From Candidatus Saccharimonadota bacterium (lineage in GTDB: Bacteria; Patescibacteriota; Gracilibacteria; UBA4473), in assembly GCA_965228485.1 (NCBI GenBank), contig OZ245819.1, forward strand, positions 1,230,001-1,262,000: DNA of 32,000 nucleotides, read 5' to 3'. The position numbers were made by a program, and so were the translations under genes. Below are positions 25,815 through 32,000 of this stretch, one piece after another; position 1 is the first letter of the stretch; every line of letters begins with the position of its first letter. The notes under the pieces are model-generated. The model saw only the letters and a list, made by a program, of their open reading frames with translations. It was not told where the DNA came from and searched no databases.

Positions 25815-26237
25815 TTACTTGGGCCAAGAGACGAAATACTTATCGTCTTTTGATTTTTTGTACCATTCAGGGAAGATGATTGAGATTTTTCCCTGAGTTT
25901 GAAGCGCAAAAAATTCAGCTCTATTTTTGGTAATTGCACAGCCATAAGGTTGGCCTTCTTTGGATCTTTCGGCTTCAAATTTTTGGATTAATGCTTTTCC
26001 GACACCGTTTTCTAATGAAAGTACAGAACCGAGTTCAGCATATTGCTGGCATGGGGGTCTTCTAAAACAAAAGAATCCAGCCAGCTGTCCTTGCTGATTT
26101 ATTCCCACAAACCAAGACTCAAAACTTTGTAGAATGTCTTCAACATTTTGAGCAAGCATGGTGCCCTTTTCTACATGAGAATTCATGGCCGAAATCATTT
26201 CTTCGGCGAGTATTTGATCTGGGTGAATAAATTCCAT
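25815..26237 (-). CDS. Small GNAT-family acetyltransferase (possibly a short N-acetylglutamate-synthase-like enzyme)
   Basis: 140 aa. The GNAT core is LAGFFCFRR...AELGSVLSLENGVGKALIQKFE. Its layout resembles the acetyltransferase domain of ArgA and short NAGS proteins. The arginine-gene context supports this but does not prove it. Confidence 0.7.
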   Translation of the reverse strand: MEFIHPDQILAEEMISAMNSHVEKGTMLAQNVEDILQSFESWFVGINQQGQLAGFFCFRRPPCQQYAELGSVLSLENGVGKALIQKFEAERSKEGQPYGCAITKNRAEFFALQTQGKISIIFPEWYKKSKDDKYFVSWPK

Positions 26238-26252
26238 AGTTAATAAATAGAT

Positions 26253-26293
26253 AAAAAAATATCACTGTCCTAAAGTAGGGAAGTGATATTTTT
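26253..26293 (-). terminator. Terminator hairpin of a candidate Arg attenuator, directly upstream of the GNAT gene
   Basis: Minus-strand RNA: AAAUAUCACUUCC-CUACUUUA-GGAcAGUGAUAUUU, followed by UUUUUUUAU. This is 13 bp with one bulge and a U7 tract ending about 15 nt before the GNAT ATG. Confidence 0.5.
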
Positions 26294-26321
26294 GAATAAA
26301 ATATTTGTTCATTTTTTTAGA

Positions 26322-26378
26322 TCACTTCCAACGATAACGGCGGCGACGAGAATGAAGATAAAGTTTTGGGTAGTTCAT
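26322..26378 (-). promoter_or_regulatory. Candidate 18-codon Arg-rich leader peptide ORF (MNYPKLYLHSRRRRYRWK)
   Basis: The ATG lies 2 nt after the stop of the kinase gene (TAAccATG). It has four consecutive Arg codons, CGT CGC CGC CGT, plus a fifth. Its last codons and stop (UGG AAG UGA U) are complementary to the 5' arm of the downstream terminator. Confidence 0.4.
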
Positions 26379-26380
26379 GG

Positions 26381-27295
26381 TTAAGCAGCATTAGCATAAT
26401 CCCATTCAGGAACTTTTAATTTTCTTTCTTGAATAAAGGCCTCAAGTAGTTCTAGTTGTTTTTCTGTAAGTGGCTGACCAGTGATTCTTGTCCAATCTCT
26501 TTTCCCATTGGTTTGGTGAATACCCAATACTTCTTTTATACCTTCAGGTTTAGTTCCACCAATAATATAAGGGTCAACTCCATTATGTTTGGCTCTAATA
26601 CCAGCAATAACTTTGGAGATTATGCCACCAGTGGTGGTTTGCTTCTCGCTGCTCCAGGTATAAGCATCAACCATTTTGTTTAATTCTTCTAGCGTATCAA
26701 AACCGAGTAGGTGGTTAATACTCACTCTTCCGAATGTGCGTCGCTTGTTTTTATTGTTTTCATTGCTTCTGAGACCGTTTTCCCCGGTCATATAACAAAC
26801 TTTTGTCGCTTTTAAAATGCTGGCTACATGAGCGGCTAATTGATCATTATCGCCCCAAGTAAGTTCCGAGGTAGCCACTACGTCAGTTTCGTTAATAACC
26901 GGGACGATATTTAGGTCGTGATATTGACCGATAGCCGTCTTAAAAGCTTCCTGTCCTCTGTGTTGCTTGAGCTGAGAATGAGAGAGGGTGATGTGGTCAA
27001 CGGTTTCTTCTCCAAAAATTTTCTGAAAGTAACCAAGTACTTTTTTATTTCCCATGTTTGAAGCGACTTGTTTTACCGATTGTGGAATTGGGGTATCATT
27101 ATTGTAGTCTTTTCTCCATGAGACGAATTTATCAAATCCATTCATACCTTCAGCAACTGATCCAGAGGCGATGATTACTAGATTTACTTTTTCAGTAACC
27201 TCTTTGAGAGTGGCTAATATAGCTTCTCTAACTTCTGAATTATGAATTTGTTCTGAGCCAAGTTTGATGACGACTAATTCTTTTTTTGATTCCAT
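26381..27295 (-). CDS. Amino-acid kinase family protein, glutamate 5-kinase (ProB)-like, without a PUA domain
   Basis: LVVIKLGSE, LVIIASGSVAEG, IVPVINETDVVATSELTWGDNDQLAAHVA and TTGGIISKV align by eye with ProB motifs. The C-terminus is short and not PUA-like. Confidence 0.8.
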   Translation of the reverse strand: MESKKELVVIKLGSEQIHNSEVREAILATLKEVTEKVNLVIIASGSVAEGMNGFDKFVSWRKDYNNDTPIPQSVKQVASNMGNKKVLGYFQKIFGEETVDHITLSHSQLKQHRGQEAFKTAIGQYHDLNIVPVINETDVVATSELTWGDNDQLAAHVASILKATKVCYMTGENGLRSNENNKNKRRTFGRVSINHLLGFDTLEELNKMVDAYTWSSEKQTTTGGIISKVIAGIRAKHNGVDPYIIGGTKPEGIKEVLGIHQTNGKRDWTRITGQPLTEKQLELLEAFIQERKLKVPEWDYANAA

Positions 27296-27310
27296 TGTTT
27301 AAATTTGCAT

Positions 27311-27399
27311 AAAAAAATACCCGCTAGGTCTATTTAGCGAGTGATTGAATTTTGACTATGCCTGTTTATACACCAAAAATCACTCGCTATTTAAGCGGG
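27311..27399 (-). terminator. Long terminator-like stem-loop in the 5' leader of the kinase gene
   Basis: Minus-strand RNA: the lower stem CCCGCU/AGCGGG and the upper stem UAGCGAGUGAU/AUCACUCGCUA are followed by UAUUUUUUU. The structure ends 16 nt before the kinase ATG. Confidence 0.45.
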
Positions 27400-27434
27400 C
27401 GACGAGGTGCGGGAACAGAAACAGTATATGTCAT
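27387..27434 (-). promoter_or_regulatory. Candidate 15-codon leader ORF (MTYTVSVPAPRRPLK)
   Basis: ATG at 27434. The in-frame CGT CGC codons sit immediately 5' of, and overlap, the lower-stem arm CCCGCU. The ORF shares the 9-mer CTCGTCGCC with the 26322-26378 leader. Confidence 0.3.
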
Positions 27435-27444
27435 TTCGAGAGCT

Positions 27445-27472
27445 ATCCTATTGTGAATTGAAAACTTGTCAA
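27445..27472 (-). promoter_or_regulatory. Candidate promoter for the kinase/arginine operon
   Basis: Minus strand: consensus TTGACA (27472-27467), a 16-nt spacer, then TAGGAT (27450-27445). The predicted start is only a few nt before the leader ATG. Confidence 0.4.
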
Positions 27473-27474
27473 AT

Positions 27475-28479
27475 TTAGTTTTCAGCGAATTGTTTAAAGT
27501 CTGGCTCAACAAAACTGATAAGAGTTTCACCAATAAGTTGTGATAGTTCTTTTGCAAATGGGGCCATGGCAGTAGATTTTTCTTCAGCCCTTTGAGCTTG
27601 TTTAAGCGCTAAATGTAGACTTTCGATTGCGGCAAGGTTGTTTCCGTATCGGAACTTTCTCAAACTATTACTCAAATGTTCCATTGACCGTGAAATTGAC
27701 AGAGCGGCAACGGCATCTTGATTATTTTTGGTTCGCATAATTTTGTCATTGAGTTTCATGATGTGGTGTACATGAAATTCAGCTTCCTCAGTCTTTCCTT
27801 CAGCTACTAAGCTTAGAAATTGTTTAATAGATGCTTGTAGTTCTACTACCATTTGGGTTTGGCTCCCTCCATGGAATAGTCTGAGCTGTCGGTATGAAAG
27901 GAGGCCAACTTCTCGTCTAGAGAGGGCTTTTTTGGGGCGATAAAGATTATCTGATGGGAGTTCTGCAATTTGAAACCTTTTTGCATAAGCAAAATAAGGA
28001 GTCATCCAACTTTCGTTAGGAATATCTGAAGCGATGTTTCGACTCGCTAAATAGGGTTTTAAGTCTACGACGGTAGCTCGGAAGAGAAAAGCCAAGAATT
28101 CGGATTTGGTGATGGCTTCTTCTGGGCGAAAAAATTGACCATTTGATCGAAGGATCCCTGTATCAACGGCTCTTGCGACAACGGGGGCATACCATTGATT
28201 TGGGTCTACATCTTCATAATAAGTGTCACCACCAAAATCTTGTGGGATGACAATTCCACCAGCTCTAAGGGCGATGGTTAGTGCTTCGGCTCTATTAACA
28301 ATGCTTTCTGGATAAAAATTCCCATCGGCATAAGCATTCATAACATTTACATCATCTAAGTGCTTTAAAAAGCTGTAGTGAGGGTCACTAGCTCCTAAAT
28401 CGTTGAAGGCGTGCGTGGTTGATGTAAGTGTTAGGGGGAGTGCAAAAAATAAAGTTAATAATTTGGCCTTCATAAACAT
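27475..28479 (-). CDS. SLH (S-layer homology) domain protein with a helical C-terminal region
   Basis: Signal peptide MFMKAKLLTLFFALPLTLTSTTHA, then three SLH-like repeats (F.D...HYSF...ADGNFYPE..VNRAEAL; Y.DV..NQWYAP...; ..PNESWMTPYF...LYRPKKALSRREV). The track start is a TTG at 28482. Confidence 0.75.
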   Translation of the reverse strand: MFMKAKLLTLFFALPLTLTSTTHAFNDLGASDPHYSFLKHLDDVNVMNAYADGNFYPESIVNRAEALTIALRAGGIVIPQDFGGDTYYEDVDPNQWYAPVVARAVDTGILRSNGQFFRPEEAITKSEFLAFLFRATVVDLKPYLASRNIASDIPNESWMTPYFAYAKRFQIAELPSDNLYRPKKALSRREVGLLSYRQLRLFHGGSQTQMVVELQASIKQFLSLVAEGKTEEAEFHVHHIMKLNDKIMRTKNNQDAVAALSISRSMEHLSNSLRKFRYGNNLAAIESLHLALKQAQRAEEKSTAMAPFAKELSQLIGETLISFVEPDFKQFAEN

Positions 28480-28609
28480 CAATCTTGAATATAAATTTTG
28501 TTCTTATTTGGTCAAATTTTTTGTACAAAAAAAATAAATCTGTTCAAATATCCCTTTGATAGAGAATGCTAATAAAAAATGATATTAGCTTTTGCCAAGT
28601 GGTATGGGA

Positions 28610-28638
28610 TTGCCAAAATGGTCGATTTTTCCTATAAT
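28610..28638 (+). promoter_or_regulatory. Near-consensus sigma70-type promoter for the 3D-domain gene
   Basis: TTGCCA (28610-28615), a 17-nt spacer, then TATAAT (28633-28638), 21 nt upstream of the ATG. Confidence 0.55.
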
Positions 28639-28659
28639 GGTCGGATTTATTAAATTTTT

Positions 28660-29805
28660 ATGAAGAAGTTTTGGGTGTTGTTGTATTGTTTAATTCCTTC
28701 AGTGGTAGCGTTGCAGGCTGCACCAGCGGGAGGAGAGAAGCGAATGTTTACCGTTACGGGGTATTATTCACCATTACCAAACCAGGCTTTTTATGTTACC
28801 GGAAGTTATGAAGGAGATGTTCATTTGAATGGGCAGGGAAAAGCTGGTGCAGATGGGACGCCTGTATTCCCAGGAATGATTGCCGCACCTTCAACGTATG
28901 CTTTTGGAACTAAAGTTTGTTTGCCAAATTTTGGTTGTGGAGCAGTTCATGATCGAGGTGGTGCTATTGTAGAAAAAGGAGAACGAAACCTAGCGAAGCA
29001 TGATCGTCTAGATTTATGGCTTGGTTATGGTGAAGAAGGTTTGTCTCGTGCTTTGCAATTAGGGGTCTACCATACGGAAGGGACTATCTACTCTTCTAGT
29101 CGAGATGATGTAGTTTTAGGGGTTAATTTTAAAGCCGCCGCTCCGATTGCTAAGCTTTTAGATCTTCCCAGTATTCGTGAATATGCGGATAATTTAGCTA
29201 GGGGAGATAAAGGGGAAGCGGTGAAAGTTTTACAAGAGGACCTCTACTCTTTAGGTCTTTATAATGGAGAAATTACAGGCATATTTGATGAATCACTTCA
29301 ATCAGCGGTTCTAGATTTCCAACTAAAGAACTTAGTTATTGAGAATCAAAATAGTGCTGGTGCTGGAAGGTTTGGACCTCAGACCAGAGAAGCACTTAGT
29401 AAAGTAATTTATGATTTTGAAGTACAGGCTCGAGCTTTGGAGAGATGGGGGAAATTTAGTTTTGATGAAAATTTCTCTCGAGGAAAACGAAGTGCTGCTG
29501 TTTGGAGACTTCAAGAAGTGCTTATTCAAGAGGAGCTTTTAGACCATAAGCCAACAGGATATTTTGGGAAATTAACAGAATCAGCGCTTATTGAATTTCA
29601 AGTAAAACATGGAATTGTTGTGAGTCAGTATCATGCTGGAGCTGGAAATGTTGGGCCTGCTACCCGAGAGGAATTGAATGTCGTTTTAGATCAGAAACAA
29701 AATTATTTTGCCCTAGAGGAGCAAGCTCTCGCTTTAGAAAATGCTCGTAAAGATAAACTTCGCTTTATTGCGGGGAAGTCTTCTTATTTAATTGCTAAAA
29801 AATGA
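28660..29805 (+). CDS. Secreted 3D-domain (MltA/YabE-like) protein with two peptidoglycan-binding (PG_binding_1) repeats
   Basis: Signal peptide, then FTVTGYYSP...GADGTPV.PGMIAAP...GTKV.LP..G...V.DRGGAI...D.W (3D domain). Two repeats follow, of the type GDKGEAVKVLQEDLYSLGLY.GEITGIFD..L..AVL.FQ. Confidence 0.85.
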   Translation: MKKFWVLLYCLIPSVVALQAAPAGGEKRMFTVTGYYSPLPNQAFYVTGSYEGDVHLNGQGKAGADGTPVFPGMIAAPSTYAFGTKVCLPNFGCGAVHDRGGAIVEKGERNLAKHDRLDLWLGYGEEGLSRALQLGVYHTEGTIYSSSRDDVVLGVNFKAAAPIAKLLDLPSIREYADNLARGDKGEAVKVLQEDLYSLGLYNGEITGIFDESLQSAVLDFQLKNLVIENQNSAGAGRFGPQTREALSKVIYDFEVQARALERWGKFSFDENFSRGKRSAAVWRLQEVLIQEELLDHKPTGYFGKLTESALIEFQVKHGIVVSQYHAGAGNVGPATREELNVVLDQKQNYFALEEQALALENARKDKLRFIAGKSSYLIAKK

Positions 29806-30170
29806 TAGTTAATCAGTGGATTTCGGTTTGTATGCGATATGAGTTGGATTTATATGCTCAATATCAGCATCGATTAAATAAATTTCTAAAAAAGATATCA
29901 CGAAAATATATCACAAAATTAACAAAGGTGTGTATGAAAAGTGTGACCTTTTCACTACTTAACAAGGGAATGATTTTCCTTGATTCAGTTTTGTTTTTTG
30001 TGATTAAAAACCTAAATGATTTTTTTAGCCGTACAACGCTCATGAAATTTTTAGGCGCTTTATTTCAATTTAGTTTTCTTGTTTTTAAGAGAGATATTTT
30101 ACTTCTAGTATTGAGCTTCGTTGTGATGAGTTACATTGGAGTTTATTTTGTGTTTTTTGCCTCAGTTTAA
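29802..30170 (+). CDS. Hypothetical small membrane protein
   Basis: 122-aa ORF with an ATGA overlap with the upstream stop and two or three hydrophobic segments. It is very AT-rich and its coding status is uncertain. Confidence 0.4.
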   Translation: MIVNQWISVCMRYELDLYAQYQHRLNKFLKKISRKYITKLTKVCMKSVTFSLLNKGMIFLDSVLFFVIKNLNDFFSRTTLMKFLGALFQFSFLVFKRDILLLVLSFVVMSYIGVYFVFFASV

Positions 30171-30173
30171 GTT

Positions 30174-31448
30174 ATGCCACAAAAAGCTATCAATGCCGAT
30201 TTTCATCACCTGTTTCATCTAAAATTTGATAAAGAGATGGCAGAGGTGGGCTTCTATCAACTATTTTTCTATCTTGGAAGGAACTTAGTGGTTTTGTCGC
30301 TCGCATACCATATGTATGTGAATCTTAATTATGATCTTTGGCAGATATGTTTTTATTTTTGTTTGGGGCAATTTATGTTTTTTGCTATGGCTCCTTTTGT
30401 GGGGGCGGCTATTCAAAGACTTGGATTAAAACACTCTATTGCGGCTCGTCCTTTGGGGCTTTTTGTGTTTTGGTTAGCGTTGCCATATGTGCTTGTAATC
30501 GATTTTTGGCAATCTATGCTTTATATGATTCCTTTGTTTTTTATTCGAGGATACTGTGGAGGAATGTCTTTGTTGTCTTATGATATTTTTCTCTCGCATC
30601 ATTTAAATAAGCAAAATAGAGGGAAATCTTTGGCTTTGCTTCAGATTGCAATTATGGCTTCTACGGTTTTAGCTCCTATTATTGGGGGATTTATTACCGC
30701 TTGGGCTGGGTTTGTTTGGACTACTTATGCTGGACTATTTTTCTTTGGAATTTCTGGATGTGTATTATTGCTGACTCCTGATGAGAAATTTAAGTTTCCT
30801 TATACCATTAGTGAATTTATTCATGATACTAGAACCGTTATTCCAAAACCTTTGGCTTATGCTGAGTTTGGAAGAGTTTTTTTTGATGCGGTAATTTACC
30901 TTATCTGGCCAATTTTCTTGGTAGTGGCGGTTAGTGATATTTCTAAAATTGGTCTTCTAGCAGGGCTTTCTTCAGGTGTAGCGATGGGAATTGCTTATTG
31001 GATGGGGAAACAAATGGACAAGAAGGGTGCTGGAAAGGTTAATGTGGCTATTCGTCGAGGGGCTTACCGATCTATGTTACTCAATTTTGTGCGAGGAGTT
31101 TGGTGGGAACCCGTTACTTTAGGGATTATCGATAGTGTTAATAAGATTAATGATCAAACGATCAAAGTTCCGTATGATATGCAGTTCTATAAATGGATAA
31201 ATGAAAAAAACACTCTAGAACGTTCTCATGCGAGACTTTTTTTAGATCAGGGAATCTATTTACTCGCTTTTGCACTTGGAGTTCTAGCCTTTTATTATTG
31301 TACGAACACAACGGCAGTATTTATTGCTTGTTTTTTGCTCGGAGCGATGAGTTTGTGGTTTACTCAACAGATTTCTGAAGTAGGGGAAGAAGTCGAAATT
31401 GTACGATCTGAAACAAAAAGAGTCATAAAAAAGAAATCTAAACGTTAG
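30174..31448 (+). CDS. MFS-like polytopic transporter, paralog B
   Basis: Full-length similarity to the 20950-22173 product (the same conserved blocks) plus a Lys-rich C-terminal tail. Confidence 0.7.
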   Translation: MPQKAINADFHHLFHLKFDKEMAEVGFYQLFFYLGRNLVVLSLAYHMYVNLNYDLWQICFYFCLGQFMFFAMAPFVGAAIQRLGLKHSIAARPLGLFVFWLALPYVLVIDFWQSMLYMIPLFFIRGYCGGMSLLSYDIFLSHHLNKQNRGKSLALLQIAIMASTVLAPIIGGFITAWAGFVWTTYAGLFFFGISGCVLLLTPDEKFKFPYTISEFIHDTRTVIPKPLAYAEFGRVFFDAVIYLIWPIFLVVAVSDISKIGLLAGLSSGVAMGIAYWMGKQMDKKGAGKVNVAIRRGAYRSMLLNFVRGVWWEPVTLGIIDSVNKINDQTIKVPYDMQFYKWINEKNTLERSHARLFLDQGIYLLAFALGVLAFYYCTNTTAVFIACFLLGAMSLWFTQQISEVGEEVEIVRSETKRVIKKKSKR

Positions 31449-31498
31449 TTTTAGTTGTTGATTTTTTTTATAGATTTACCATAATTTTGATTGTATAG

Positions 31499-32000
31499 AT
31501 GCAAAAACGATTCTCCCGATTTTTTGGCGCGTTACTTACTTTTGGTGTTTTGTTGACCGCTTGTGTGTTTCCAGAACAAGAAGATCCTTTTGAGCGTCTG
31601 CCTGAAGAACCTTTAGAGGTGATTGATGGTCGATTGTTTCCATTTTCTGTATCGGTTTCTACCCGAGCAACTCATCGTTTGGAAAAAGAGGGAAAGTTAG
31701 TCGCTTATCTCACCTCTGATATTGTTCAGCTTTCTGAATTTGAAAACCGAGAAGTTGAACTTGATGGGGTTTGGAGAAATGAAAAAATGAGACAGATTTT
31801 TTGGGTTGAGGCGATTCGTGTAACCGATATTGCAGAGGAAGAAACGGGAGAAAAGAACCCTATCGTTCGATTTACTACCAAGAAATTTACTTTTCAGCAT
31901 CCAGGAGAATGGGAATCGACTTTATCTCCTGATGGCGTAGCTTATTTTGTGAATAAGAATGATCCAAGTCGACGAGTTTTCTTTACTTTAAAAGTTGAAG
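31499..32000 (+). CDS. Putative lipoprotein, N-terminal part (continues past the window end)
   Basis: Absent from the track because it is open-ended. My translation from the ATG at 31499 reads MQKRFSRFFGALLTFGVLLTACVFPEQEDPFERLPEEP..., with a LLTAC lipobox and no stops to 32000. Confidence 0.65.
   Translation, partial: MQKRFSRFFGALLTFGVLLTACVFPEQEDPFERLPEEPLEVIDGRLFPFSVSVSTRATHRLEKEGKLVAYLTSDIVQLSEFENREVELDGVWRNEKMRQIFWVEAIRVTDIAEEETGEKNPIVRFTTKKFTFQHPGEWESTLSPDGVAYFVNKNDPSRRVFFTLKVE

Noticed and set aside
25562-26237. GNAT plus downstream 77-aa ORF as a GNAT-type toxin/antitoxin pair
   Set aside because: In known GNAT toxin systems the small antitoxin is upstream and has an RHH/DUF1778 pattern. 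Here the small ORF is downstream and shows no DNA-binding motif. The GNAT sits behind an Arg leader in an arginine operon. This is not excluded, but it is less parsimonious.
26291-26308. ARG-box-like sequence TTTGAATAAAATATTTGT between the leader ORF and the terminator
   Set aside because: Only the first half-site (TGAAT) fits the ArgR/AhrC consensus. The second half is poor, and such A/T strings are expected by chance in this AT-rich spacer.
26456-26683. ORF 26456-26683 (+) antisense to the kinase gene
   Set aside because: Shadow ORF.
29332-30583. ORFs 29332-29529 (-) and 30338-30583 (+)
   Set aside because: The first is antisense to the 3D-domain gene. The second is out of frame within transporter paralog B.
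31697-31900. ORF 31697-31900 (-)
   Set aside because: It is antisense to an open-ended plus-strand ORF (31499 to the window end) that has a convincing lipoprotein signal peptide.
1-32000. Alternative genetic code (UGA recoded, as in some candidate phyla)
   Set aside because: Conserved genes such as trmD, the DUF2461 gene and the 3D-domain gene end at TGA at the expected lengths. All conserved proteins are intact under the standard code.
1-32000. CRISPR arrays, tandem repeats or insertion sequences
   Set aside because: Reading the intergenic regions showed no regularly spaced direct repeats or transposase-like ORFs. A computational repeat scan would be needed to exclude short or degenerate ones.

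Overview
This is an AT-rich, tightly packed bacterial chromosomal segment. It uses the standard genetic code, with TGA serving as a stop in conserved genes. I saw almost no Shine-Dalgarno motifs upstream of start codons. No transposase, integrase, CRISPR array or rRNA gene was seen. The small genes and compact layout suggest an uncultivated CPR/Patescibacteria-like organism, but that is inference only.

Housekeeping genes are a pilD fragment, holA, tsaE, tRNA-Val(GAC), tRNA-Phe(GAA), miaA, a CsaA-like tRNA-binding protein, dnaB, trmD, tilS, dut and argS. Accessory genes are a patatin-like lipase, a DUF2461 protein, an AroA-Nudix fusion, a B12-binding radical SAM enzyme, an SLH-domain protein, a 3D/peptidoglycan-binding protein and two paralogous MFS-like transporters.

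The best candidate for an undescribed system is a translationally coupled gene pair at 15367-19229. The first gene encodes a secreted PKD-like domain fused to a 7TM module. The second encodes one polypeptide that joins a RimK-related ATP-grasp amidoligase to an HExxxH/EEGLA (DUF1704, MATCAP-like) carboxypeptidase domain.

The second notable region is a same-strand arginine-themed string: ProB-like kinase, GNAT, small ORF, argG, argH, LysE-type exporter, MFS, argS. It carries two short Arg-codon leader ORFs, each overlapping a terminator-like hairpin. These look like ribosome-mediated attenuators, which is unusual for arginine biosynthesis.

All product calls rest on motif recognition by eye. 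No database search was possible.
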